In this document: positions 27,501-38,800 of the stretch, one piece after another
Layout of the letters: every line of letters begins with the position of its first letter
Numbering within the stretch: position 1 is the first letter of the stretch
Assembly (NCBI RefSeq): GCF_003704095.1
Contig: NW_020846761.1
Coordinates: 186,001 to 250,000, forward strand
Direction: 5' to 3'
DNA length: 64,000 nucleotides
Source: Pocillopora damicornis
Taxonomy: Eukaryota
Notes under the pieces: model-generated
Told to the model about the DNA's origin: nothing
The model's input: only the letters and a program-made list of their open reading frames with translations
The model's database searches: none
Made by a program: the position numbers and the translations under genes

Positions 27501-27735
27501 TACCTTTACATCTAGTCTCAAAGGCTACAGATTCCATAAAAATGCAAAAGAAATAAAACAAGTCAGTAAAATCAATAAGGAATTCTAAACGGGTTACTCG
27601 GGTTATTAGGAGAGCAACAAAAACACACAAATAGTAGTCACCATCGACCAAAAAAACTCTAACCAACAAAACAAAACGAAATGAAATGTGTATAAATATA
27701 CATCTGTAGGGTTAAATGCAGATGGACTTTACCAT
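12527..27735 (-). CDS. COPB2: Coatomer subunit beta' (beta'-COP), 29 coding exons, 962 aa
   Basis: Exons (+ coordinates, in transcript order): 27733-27735 (ATG only), 27504-27524, 26631-26784, 25002-25051, 24729-24773, 24409-24490, 23547-23695, 23276-23329, 22972-23064, 22378-22477, 22048-22190, 21713-21812, 21032-21131, 20819-20929, 20282-20367, 19729-19835, 19058-19201, 18623-18753, 18042-18189, 17590-17696, 17137-17200, 16594-16808, 15720-15812, 14974-15097, 14782-14838, 14459-14530, 13715-13930, 13112-13165, 12527-12592. All introns are GT-AG with compatible phases; total 2889 nt. Translation begins [43 protein letters not shown] and includes [43 protein letters not shown] and [16 protein letters not shown], all typical of beta'-COP. 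It ends in a Pro/Ala-rich then Asp-rich tail; the last 3-4 exons are less certain. Confidence 0.97.
14054..14249. mobile_element. piggyBac-like (TTAA) MITE, degenerate
   Basis: Ends ttgaccttttacacc ... agggcaaggggttaa; resembles the element at 23850-24059. Confidence 0.6.
15880..16013 (-). mobile_element. tRNA-derived SINE head (degenerate)
   Basis: Minus strand reads aagtgaccagcttccacttggcttagTAGCTTAGTTTGtagagcacggcatcggtatcacagagg...catgGGTTAAACTCCCgc: Pol III A-box and B-box in a tRNA-like arrangement without an intact cloverleaf. Confidence 0.7.
16166..16305 (+). mobile_element. Penelope-like retroelement terminal fragment with minimal type I hammerhead ribozyme motif
   Basis: gct-CTGACGA-t-gggc-taaa-gctc-GAAA-c-GTC-agc at 16166-16199: hammerhead core, stem II, and stem I gct/agc. 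Confidence 0.7.
17826..17982. mobile_element. Short MITE with TAGCCTGC terminal inverted repeats
   Basis: tagcctgc (17826-17833) ... gcaggcta (17975-17982), with purine-rich and pyrimidine-rich subterminal tracts. Confidence 0.55.
19330..19481. other. Assembly gap (152 N) inside a COPB2 intron
   Basis: Run of N; flanking exons join in frame (QPKN|IYWADSG), so no exon appears to be missing. Confidence 0.95.
20055..20160. repeat. Degenerate 7-mer tandem repeat (TCRATYC)n
   Basis: Units tcaatcc, ctgatcc, ttgattc, tcaattc. Confidence 0.65.
23850..24059. mobile_element. piggyBac-like MITE (~210 bp)
   Basis: TIRs taaccctttcactccca / tgggagtgaaaggttta (16/17 match), TTAA at the right end. Related fragments at ~21410-21600 and ~21840-21990. 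Confidence 0.8.
25202..26513. mobile_element. Non-autonomous DNA transposon containing nested TIR elements
   Basis: Outer TIRs caggttgtgaaatt / aattccacaccctg, flanked by a ccctt direct repeat (25197-25201, 26514-26518). Inner palindromic element ~25363-25528. Inner TIR element 25532-26200 (ttaataataaacatgaaaaaat / atttttccatgtatattattaa). Confidence 0.7.
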
Positions 27736-28260
27736 AGTTGCCACAAAAATACGATCAGAGTTTCAAGGAAAGACACTTCTAACCGGTCAATATGGCCGAC
27801 GTGGCACTGAATGTGACCCTCGCTTTCGTGCAAGTTTTGTGAGACCGCTGTACTGATAGAACGTGGACATAAACCCATGCGAAGCTTGCAAAAATCTGCA
27901 ACAGCGAGAAATTTCGCGCGCCCTCACTTTTTTCAGGTGTCAGATGGTAAACCGCAGAGGAATGAAAAAATGATGTGAGGCAGAATAATTAGCATAGTAA
28001 GAGCTACTATAACTGAGACCAAAACAATGCAAACGCGGTAGAAACTGATATGTTCATGTTCACCGCGGAGCACGCGCGCGGAGAAGCCTTTAAACTTAAT
28101 TCGTCACATATTTTCGTCAAAATTAGCGCTTGTGACGTCAAACTTCTTTCACTGCCTTTGAAGATTTGCAAACGTCGTTGCGACGGTTTGGTCGAGTTAT
28201 GAATTATCTTTTTATGGCAACGAAGAGGAACCAAAGTCAACAGATAATCGTCTTCTGTGG
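27736..28260. promoter_or_regulatory. CpG-rich COPB2 promoter, probably bidirectional
   Basis: CpG-dense block; YY1-like caatatggccg (27788-27798), TGCCACGTC on - strand (27798-27806), E2F-like tttcgcgcg (~27912), CRE TGACGTCA (28133-28140). Confidence 0.65.
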
Positions 28261-29439
28261 ATCCTGAAACAATGAAGTCTATAAAGCTAAACATCTAGAG
28301 TCAACTGCTTCAAATTCACGAAGAAATCTTGGCACCCTGTGGAAGTGAACTACAAGCTTCGCATGTTGAGGCAGTCAGTTTTCAAGCTTTCTCTGGAATA
28401 AAGGTTAGTTGCCATAACTTTACAGATAAACTTAATTTGTTGTTTTGACAAGCTAATTCTGCACTGTAGAAAATTTTATTTCATCGCCGAGTCATGATGA
28501 ATAAAAAGCAGCAAAGTGAAAAGACGATTTGCCCAACAATGAAAAGAATATTCAAAGGAGCGTGGATTCTTATGATTGCAGCGAAAGAACGATTTATATC
28601 TGAGAGCTTGTAAATTAGCTTTACCTTTGGCCTTTTGACGCTGCTACATGCCACAAACTTAAAGATTAGAACTGGTGTTGCCAGAGACCATTATTGTTGA
28701 CTGCAGTTTTCAATATTTCCTTCTTTTGAGCGTTTGCCTTCGACTTGTTGCTATCTCAAGTTGAAGTCCACGGAGAAATTTGTGAGTCGCACATAAATGT
28801 TGATCGTACCGGTGAAAACTAACACTGATCTTGACGGATCCTGGTAGCTCGATATTATGATACTTATACAGCGCAGGATCTAATGTTGGAAGTAATCGTT
28901 GGACTGTGATCTTTAGTATGCCTGATCATTAACAATTTCAGATCCCAAGATATGAAAGACTACCCTGTTTAATTAGTTAAAGGGGTCTTTATTTGAGAAG
29001 ATACTAAATAAGATAAAACTAGCTGGGAATGTGCTAAAATGCAAAGGCCATCGTAGTTTAGCCTTTTAATTAGGTGGTGCGACCGAATATTCAGCAACCT
29101 AACTGGGTTCCTTAAACATTTCCCGTTAGCATAATCCTAAATGTGACTGTCATTAAAGTGTGCGAAAATAGTCATAGCACTTTGACTGGCATTTCCTTTA
29201 ATTTTGTAACGTGCAAGCACATCTTGTTTTGATTCTTCTCAAGAAATTTCGATAATCATAGAGAACGCACTGTTTCTAGCTAAATAATATTGATGGATGG
29301 ACAGGAAGGTGAATCAGAAAAAAACAAGGCAGGAAAAATTAAATGTGGACTAACTTTTGTCATTGTTGGTAGAAATCTTTTGTGCTTACACTCATTGCAC
29401 CGCTTGCTGTTTCGACTCCGAGCGTGCATTCACAGGTAT

Positions 29440-29550
29440 GTACGAACCCGCTGACTCGAACTCCCAGTGGGAACGAAAAGCGATTCGAGTTCGCGGAAAA
29501 AAATTATTCGCGTTAGCTGAAAAAAAAAATGATTCGAGTTAGCGGGGGAT
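29440..29550. mobile_element. Palindromic MITE remnant
   Basis: acccgctgactcgaa ... ttcgagttagcgggg inverted repeats. Confidence 0.5.
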
Positions 29551-32500
29551 TGGTGTTGGATTTCAACTATCCCGTTAATAATTAAAACAAAAATAACAAT
29601 TTGTTTAACCACACTTGCACAGCCATCAGTCATTCTCATACATTCACTTTGCTTTAGAAAAGCTTTTTGATAAAAACTTTTAGTTTGGAAAGTTTAGTTT
29701 AACGTATTACGTTTTCATAAATCACGTTTATGTCAATCCTGATTAAAGATTGGGACGTGCTAATCAGCTATGTTCTGACACTTCGAAGTTTATCGACTGA
29801 CGCCGTTTCTAGTTGAAGTTGGAGATCTCAGGATAAATTTGAACCTAAGGAATATAAAATTATTTCGAGTTTACTAAGTTCGAGTCAGCTGGCAGTAAAT
29901 GACTGAAAAGACAGGGTCAAATTCAGGGAAAATTGTATTTTCTTGAGCTAATGGGTTTCTTTACTTCCTTTGCTAACAGCGAGATATGAATGTTAAATTT
30001 TGTAATGTCAAGGAATCCAAAAGATTGTAAACATTTAGCAGTCGAATTTGGTTAAGTGAGGAATGAATAATACTAACGAATGCAATGAAAATGCAGCATG
30101 TATGATAACAAATCAAAACATGTAGACAAGAAAAGATACAAACGAGCAAAAAGAGAATCAGATCTGCCGAGTGACCTGCGTCGCCTCGCCTTATTGCTTG
30201 AGTTCCTGAGCACATGCGTCTTCTTTCTGTTGTGTGTTTTTTCAAATCGGCGTGCCTGGCGTATGAACTCAAGTGTTAAGTGAGATGTTCCAGTGATCTT
30301 TTGTTTATTTTGGTCAATTGATTGAGGAAGTTAAGAGCTGCGAAGGGTGACATATCCGAAACGGTTTAAACACTGTGCGTAGATCTTATGAACCATAATA
30401 GAATTGGAGAGCATGCTTATCATTGAAGATCACGCGAGTATTCATCATAAATGCTTTTCTAGATCACAGTTAATGCTACTTCGTGTGATCGAACTTGATA
30501 CTGCTGTATGGAGGGGAGAGATGGCCAACCGTTTCATTTCCTGTACTTCCAACTGACTGCTGGGAGTTGAAAATTGATCTGGCTTAGAGGATTAAATCTT
30601 TATTTTGGAAGGTTTGCTATCTCTAAAAACGCCTTCAAAAAAAACGCTTTGCATTGTTCTTTGATGCAAACCAGTGTAATTGTCGCTGGACATATAAACT
30701 TGTGATGAAACGTAAATACTGTTTCTTTTTATTTCACAGCAGCTGTCGCCCACAGGACCCAGGAACGCGCAGCATGTGCAAGAGTGTGATGGTTTTGTTT
30801 GTTTTTGTTATGACATTCTTCGAAGATTGTTTTGACTTCCTTGGAACAAATAGTCCTTTTATTACTGTCACAAAGCAGAGTGGAAATTCCTGGTTCAGCT
30901 CGTCACGAAAGCTGACATCTTGTCGTAGGAGAGCGCTTGCTTTCTCAGGGCACCGCGTCTGGTTCAGTGAAGAGCAGGAGATTATTTCCGCAATATATTG
31001 AGAATATACCAGGATTTATACTGCCGATTGAAGACTTGGTAAGTTCAAGATTGTCAAAATGAAGCGGCGAATGAATATTCCCTTAAATACATATTACCAT
31101 TTGGTAACGACTAAGCGTTTCCAACCATAATTTTGAGTTCCACTTTGTCTCGTTCTAAAAAAAAACAGTTTCCAGGCTGCAGATTTTCTAGGATTACGTC
31201 AAGTTAGTTGGCTTACAATCCCGACGGAAATTCTAACTCATTACCCTGTCATAATTTATCTATTGAATAATTGTCTCAAACGTGACACTGAACTTTTCAA
31301 AGCAAATTGCTCAATACAATTGTCTGGTTAACTGTGAGTGCGTCAGATTAACTCAATTTAGTCCTTTCCTGAATATCGAGTAGTTTTTCCTATAAAGAAA
31401 CAAGAGCTTCAAATTTTAAAACAAAACCACTAAAGCCTCCACTTAATTCGAGGGTTTCAGTTTCATCGAAGACTCAACGCGACTTAATTGCCTATTGAAA
31501 CTTTTACTTTGGGAATGAATGGGTAGGAAATCGATGGCACAAATTCTGGTCAAAAACCATTGTCAGTCTGAGTATATTTTTTGAGCCCCTCGTAGCCATC
31601 CAATGCACCATATAAGTTTGTTTACATTTTGCTTTTTTTCCTTTTGTTTGAATCATTAAAAGCAAAGGGCATTCCGGCAAGCCGCCCTGTTCATTGTTCA
31701 ATTTCGCGCCATGTCTCCCTTACCACAAGCATGTCCGGCGGAAGTTCAGGATTGTTCTTAAAATTATTTCTCCTTTGGTGCGTTTTTTACACTTCAATTT
31801 ATTGTGCAAGTTATGTAACTTTCATGCCCATGTTCAAAACCACATGTTGTGTTGTGAGAGCTTCCCGTGCTAAGGAATAGGACAAGCAGAACAAATTTAA
31901 TACGTGTGTGGGCGAGAGGTGGGAAGGGTAAGTTGCTGCTCGCTAGCTCCTCTCCCATGACTTCACAGACAATTGATGCAATCGGTACAAAGATTTTACA
32001 CCCAAATTGAGTGCCTCTCGTCTTAAATCTTCCTGCGGGCGGAGAAACGCAATTAATGAGGGCCTGCTCTTAAGCTAATGAGGGAGGAAAGAAGGATGAC
32101 AGTGGAAGACCCAGTAGCATTTCTTTTTAGAATAATCACCATCCTCTACATAGAATATTTCGCTTCAATTTGCTCGCAGACGTGGTCAACACACAGCACG
32201 TGCAGGAATGTACATGAGTGGTGGTCCATGCTATTCAAGTTAGTAACTCTAAATGTTTTGAGCTGTTCTTTTCATTTCTTCTGTCTGTTGTTGAGCTGAT
32301 TTCTCAGTCCTCTCTTAGGAAATTAGAACATATTCTGAGAAAAGATAGATTTAGAAGTCAATGTTTTAAGTTCCTTTTAGCCACAGGATTCCTTAATCAT
32401 AGATTGCTCAAGTCTTTTATTTCTGAGCCCTGCATAAAGGTTATTGCACATCATGTTTAGGTCAAGTAATTTTTTGAGGTGGAAAGCGAATTAAAAAAGA

Positions 32501-33014
32501 TAAACAGAATGCTAGACCATACCTACCCAACCGAAAGTTGGAGAGTTGGTGAGAGGAGGGATCCAGACTCCTTGATTCCATTCCCCCTCGGCCCTTTCTG
32601 CCCTTTATTTAAGTTAATCAATGGGTTGATGTTTACAACGACAGAGTAGACAATTGCTTAGAGTTATGGTTAGAATAAAAACAGATTAACCGTCTCGACA
32701 TTTTGACCGAGTGGAATGTGTAATCATTCTTATTTATCAGGTGAAAGCTTGTGAAAGTAACTGCCAGTAATTACGAAGCAAGTGTCACCCAAAGGTTTCT
32801 TCTTCACGACTTGATGGGACCATCCGAGTTTTGTGCGGATTCGTTTCAGGCTCCTTAACTGTTTCAATATTTGATCTTGATTTCGGTGGAGGATTTGTCA
32901 GCTGTCTGGTACGTTTTTTTGCGTTCATTTATTTGTGTATTTACTCGTTAGATTATTTAGTAAGCTGTCAACTTTTCATTTATTTGTTCATTAGTTACAC
33001 CCTTTCGTGTGGCA

Positions 33015-33150
33015 GGTATGTCGGCTGATAATGTCAGCGGCCGAGAGATTGTCCGAAAAAGAAATATTTCACCGAGAAGCGAAGCTTCGTGGAACAATAT
33101 GAAATTTTGAGGACAATTTTTCAGCTATGGACGCTATAAGCCCACTTACC
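33015..33150. mobile_element. Palindromic MITE-like element
   Basis: ggtatgtcggctgata...attgtcc ... cgaagcttcg (centre) ... ggacaat...tataagcccacttacc imperfect inverted arms. Confidence 0.55.
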
Positions 33151-34059
33151 ATTAACACAGAAAGGAGCTATTAATTTTAATACCCTCCCATTAATTTTCA
33201 CATCGTGGAAAAACAGCTCTTAAAAAAAGCCAGTGTTGATCTGACGGAACACTCTTCAAAAAGAGTCACTTTTCTTTCCGTGTAAGATAATGGAGAGGAA
33301 ACGATGGAACTCTTTTTAGCTGGCTTTTTCCGCTGGTTTCTCTCTTTTCGACGGAAATAATCGAAGGACAGATATCAACGTAGGTGGGGTTATTGCGTGA
33401 TAACTGTCCAGTGATTTTGCACCAAAGGAGCCAATGAAATAGCGCGAAAATTAATTGATGGCTTATGTGCATTTATACCTTAGAACATATATGACTAATT
33501 TGCAAAGTAAGATTTAAGATCAATGAGGACAATAAATCTTTTCTCAATCAATCTTTTTTTTTTTTCATTAAGCGTTCATCCAGTTTATGTTTGGGATGGG
33601 ATGTAAATGGAACAGGTTTTATTCAATGAAATATAACGTAGCAAGGTCATAATGGCCAAACAAAGAGTGTGTTTTCCTCAATTTTAATTTGTTTCCAATT
33701 TCAATGTCAATTTTCTGGAGCCATTGCCTGTTATCTAGTTTCAAAGAACAAATACGAAAGCGATTCTGCCATTCCTTTCCTAAAAAAATATTCTCCCCCA
33801 TTTAAGGTTCAGGTACATTTTATTCACGTATACTTTTATGGAAAGTCCAGAGTGTTTGGATTCGAATCTGTAGATCAATGGGCTGCCATGGTCTTCGCCT
33901 AATTCTTGTCCAAGAAAGGGTGAAAAAGTGCTCTGCTTGTTACACGTTCATACAAAGAGGACCTTTTTCCTCAGCATTGTGGTCGGTAGCTACTTAAGAT
34001 AATAAGTTTACTCTATGAATCAGCGGCTTTATTGGTGTAAAGTACCATACGTGGCCTTT

Positions 34060-35870
34060 AGTAGTTGGAAGCCACCCTGAAAATCAATTGCCAGTTGTAA
34101 TCTTAGCAGCACAAAGCTGAGTCTAAGGTTAAGGTTTATACCTGACGTATAAAAGACTGTTATTGTATCCAGAGTTGTTTTGAGTTAATCGTGGAGGCTT
34201 CTGTGGTTCTTGAGAGCAATCTTTTTTCTTCCTTCTACACTCCAGAGTAGTTGGACACCACCCTGTGAGTCCGTGGACAGGTTGTATCGTTTGCAACAAT
34301 GTGCTACGTTCAGGGTTGGCTACTGCTCTGCAGAAGGGTCACAACTGACTTATAAAGGTGCACTAGAAATCACCACCCCTAAAGTATAGAACATCTAAAT
34401 TTCCGGAGTAGTTGGACACCACCTTGTGAATCCGTGGACGGTTGCAAATTTCGCAACACCGTGCTACGTTCAGGGTTGGCTCCTACTCTGGAAAAGTTTT
34501 CCAACTGACTTTAAAAAGGAACACTGGGATCACCAGCTCTAAAGACTTGAATATTTTAATTCCAGAGTAGATGGATACCACCCAGACCCTGGAAAAAAAC
34601 ATGGACGATTACGACATTCACAACACAAAGCTCAGTCGAACGCAGGACTGAGAAAGTTCCCACTTTCTTCAAATATGAAAAACTGGCATTCCTACAAAAA
34701 AGTTAATACCTAACTCTAAAGGCTTAGAGAATACTCATTTGAAATAAGGACGAATCTTTTGTTTTTTTTCTTTATATATATATATATATATGAAACGTGC
34801 AGACCCACTGGAAACTGCCCTATAAATCAATAGGTGGTTACGGTCTTTACAACTCAAAGCTTAGTCTAGCGCAGGGTTCGCCCCTACTTTGTGGTCATAC
34901 CTCACTAGTAAAATGGGGTTCTGGATACTCAGAAATGTGATGAGTTGGCTGTCGAGGCTTTCTTCGGTTTGTGACAATAATTTTACTCACTGCTTTTCTA
35001 TTTATTTATTTCTGGGAAGACACCAGAGTAGTTTTACACCGCCTTGTGCATTAATGAACGCTTGTGATCTTCGCGACATTAAACTGCGTTCAACACAGGG
35101 CTGGCCATGGGTTCTACTCTGAGTTGTACAAATGGACATTATAGGACTGCTGTTTCTTTTCCTGGAGCCTTCTATTTATAACATTACCTTTATGGAGAGA
35201 CTAGAGTAGGTGGACACTATCCTGTTAATGAGTGGACTGCTGTGATTTTCCCAGCCCTAAGCTGTGCCTAACACAGGGCAGGCTCCCCTGAGCTGTGAAA
35301 CTGGAAAGAGAAAGTTTGGAATTCTCCCATACGTGTCGTCACCTAACTCTTGAGGCTAGAATCACTCAGAAAAAGTCGTCAGATTTACTAATCATCCTTC
35401 TGATCTTAAAGTCTACGAATATTCCACATTAGAGAAAGATTTTCTTCTTGTCCCACGCTCGTGACAAGACGAAAAACATATTGCTCTGTTTCTTTATCGA
35501 GCTCAAAACTTACCAGCTCTTTTATTCTATTCCACATTAGTTGGACATCACCTCATGAATCAGTGGATGGTTGCGATATTTGCAACACCAAGTTGTGTCT
35601 AACACAAGGCTGGCTCCCGCTTGTATTGGTTTAGTTACAACTGAACCAACGAAAGGAGCGATGTTCTTAGATATGTTTGATTGATTTATTAACTCTACAG
35701 CCCAACATACTTGGTGAAGAAACTTTCTCTTTATTATATATTATATTCTCTTGGTCCAGTCCACTATTTTACCAATAGCTCAGAGTTGTTGGACTTTGCC
35801 CTGTAAAGCGATGGACGGTCGTAATCTTTACCAACCAAGCTGTGTTCAGCACAGGGTAATTCCTTCTTTT
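34060..35870 (+). repeat. Array of ~9 diverged ~90-nt hairpin-forming repeats
   Basis: Copies start at ~34060, 34242, 34401, 34562, 34805, 35023, 35201, 35531 and 35781. Approximate consensus CCAGAGTAGTTGGACACCACCCTGTGAATCNRTGGACGGTTGYRATYTTYGCAACACYAAGCTRYGTYYARCACAGGGYTGGCTCCTACTCTG; folds back on itself. Confidence 0.88.
35433..35527. mobile_element. 95-bp retroposed (SINE-tail-like) insertion with 13-bp target-site duplication
   Basis: tattccacattag at 35420-35432 and 35528-35540 flanks the insert. Confidence 0.8.
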
Positions 35871-38800
35871 TCATATAGGCCTGTAGAGAGAAATACTGAA
35901 CCGATTTTAAAACTTTTTTAAGGTCAGTAGACTCTGCTCTGGTTTATAGTTAGCTGAAATCGTTACTAATCGTAATGATGACCGGTCACACCCAAAGCTG
36001 CGTGTAGCTGGTGATACTGCATGAATACGGAAGTAAATAAAATTACGACTGTTTTCTAGTGTAGAAGGAATGAGGTTTCTAAGATAGAAAATTCTCTATC
36101 AGTGTTCAGTAGCTATTTAGAAATAGTGATGATCACCTGTATCACTTTTGTGAGACCTTTTGTAGGCCCCCCTTGGAACGTTTGTACCTCCACTGCACAT
36201 TTTTTACCCTTTCTGATATCATAAAAACGCTACTATCAAGGAAGGCTAGTCCTATCTCATTTGGAAAGAGGTTGTTTACTTCTCTTAACTGTAAAGCAAC
36301 AGTCGCAATTTTTCCTTATTTACCTATGAAAAGTCACATTCCCCATTTCCAGACTTTTGCAAGTCTGTATTCATTTTGTATCAAATTTATTTTAAGATTA
36401 TCTTATTTTGGGCCAAATTAAACACAACCTTTAAGCAAAATGGTTCTGTGATGATATCAAATAGTAGAGTAAATGACTTCGCTAAAAAAGTTTATTTATT
36501 CTTTTGACCACGCCCACGGCACGTTGTACCGAACGTAAGTTTGCAGAATCCTTTCTGTTGGTTTGAGGCAGTCTTGATGATAAGGCTCTTTGGAAGATTT
36601 TCTATGTTCTGCTTTCACCATTTCACCATTTTACCCCCATGTGCCTCCAGGTTTTGATTCTCTTTTAAGCGATGCTCCTAAGAGATTGAACCAACAAATG
36701 TATTCTTTAATTTTTGTCAACTTTTTGTTGTTTCAGAATAGCTTCCACTGATTTCGTTGAAACCTTTAAGGAAATTGGAAAAGCAGGAATAAAAACGCAT
36801 TTAAAATTGAAAAAAGAAGGACTATAAAGCTTGCCCTCTACAATGTGCGATTACATCATAGTCACAATTTCAGTGGATGGTCTTCTTCAAAAAAGTTTAA
36901 TGTGATTTATTTCAGTCTTTTTTAGTTATAAAAGTGTCTATATTCTACAAAAGAAAAAAAAGAAAGGAAAGAAGTCCAAGTAGCGTTTTCTTGAAGCTGA
37001 ACAGGAAATTCTACCCATGAAATCTACTAGTAACCATGATTATTTCCTTATTTGGTAACTCTATTTGGCTTCTGTGTTAACGCAGCCATCAGATGTTGTC
37101 ATTTGATTCTGTTGTCACCCTTTCATAATCCACTGGAAATATAATGAATTGAGTAAGTAAGGGGCACAGCATTTTCCTGAACCCCCAACTGTTTCTTTGT
37201 AGTTTACACCTTGGAAAAGGACGTTTCTAGGTCGGATCATAACCTTAACATTTCGTAGCTAAAACCGTTCAACCTTTCACCACGAAAAAAAGAAAAGAAA
37301 CAAAAAAAAAAACATTACATATGGATAGTTAAATAACTCACACGTGTACTTTTAAACGTTTTGTAAGAAACTACCAGTCGAGTCTGTTTTTTCCTACTCA
37401 CTGAAATAGATTCTATGATTTATTAACGTCGGTTCGTTCTCCCCCCTGTGTCGAGGTATTGTGTACAAGGACTTCAATATCCCTTGAGGGGCCCTTGTGC
37501 GCGCCGGGACACCCCGCTGGGCGGCATTGACAATCTGTGTAACACATTCAAATTCATCAGGTCTCGTTGAGAAAGGATCTTTAGAAGTTTCCGGCGCAAG
37601 GCCCTTTTAATTATAAATGTTGTCAAATCATTCAGCAGCATCTTTTAATTTTACGAAAATGCAAATTTTTCTTGGCGTTCGATTTTCTTTCGTCATGGAC
37701 ACACGTTTTACCACAAACCAAAATTGTTTTCTTTTCCGTCTCATTTCCAAAATGTTAGACCTGGGTAAACACTTGCCTGCTCGTGTAGATATTTTCCCAC
37801 ACGACAAGACACCTTTGCTGTTAGTTAGCATTAGTGGTATTTGTTTTGAACTCCCACACCCTAAGGTAGAAATTTGTAGACGAAACAGCAGAGCAGACGA
37901 TAGATCAAAACACAAAGCCCTGTTTCGCCCTATTATTTTGATCGTGCAACAATCTTCCACACCAAACTCGGTATCTTGGATAATGCTGCTATTTTGTGTT
38001 CCACCTTTGCGGCAAACCTCAAATTAAAAAATATACATATTTCTTTAAAACACATTTTTTTTTTCCAGATAGTGGACATCATTAGGAAAGTAAAGCATGC
38101 TTTTCTCTTTTCATTTCACTCAAAAATAAACTACGAAATCAAGAAAGTCTCCCAATTTTGTATTTCTTTGTTTAATTGATCGCGAACAGAGTTTCTTTGA
38201 AGAAGCCGCAACGCTGCGCGTTCCTTTCTTTACATTGGAACACCTCGTGTGTCAGTTCAGATTTAAATAATTCGCAGACAAAGATGAATTCAAACACTCT
38301 AATTTGTAAGCGACTGGCCTGCGGTGAGAATTTGAAAGTAACCCAGAAAGCCAAATTAAAAACTCTGACAAATTCAACGAGGTCGCTATTGCCAAGGTTA
38401 TTCATTTTCCTTGAGTTCGACCTGCAACATAATTACGTTTTTCTGTGGCACCCTACAAGGCAATTCTAAAAGAAATGCGAGATAACGAAAATTGGAAAAT
38501 ATCGCCGGCGGCTAAAATTGGTTGTCAACGCAGCACATTTTGGCTCGAAGATGAATTAGTGGTTTGAATGTCCGCTTGGGCAAAACCCTCCGCTCAGCTG
38601 GGAGGCAAAACATTGATGGCGTATTCTTATAATGTCCAAAGTTACATTACTGAGAAGCGAAAATTCAATTTCTTCCTTACATGTACCAGTGAAAATAAAT
38701 AAAACCGGCTATCGTGTGGAAGTTCTTAGTAGTGTTATCTCGCATGGCCTCAAATAAATTGTAAATTTTAATATGATATTCAAGGAGTGGTTGATGAAAG

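Larger units (their letters stand above)
28250..36041 (+). ncRNA. Putative spliced long non-coding (or micropeptide) transcript divergent from COPB2
   Basis: Predicted exons ~28250-28403 (AAG|gttagt), 30740-31038 (tttatttcacag| ... TTG|gtaagt), 32741-32908 (ttatttatcag| ... CTG|gtacgt) and 33975-~36060 (tttttcctcag|, AATAAA 36036-36041). No long ORF. Based on splice signals only. Confidence 0.45.

Noticed and set aside
34060-35870. Hairpin array as a CRISPR array or as a tandem coding repeat (SSWTPPCESVD...)
   Set aside because: Eukaryotic context, no cas genes, repeats too long and diverged, and linkers related to each other; reading frames are broken by indels and stops between copies.
37617-38469. 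Overlapping 60-136 aa ORFs on both strands
   Set aside because: No recognisable domains, mostly non-ATG starts, and composition typical of random AT-rich DNA.
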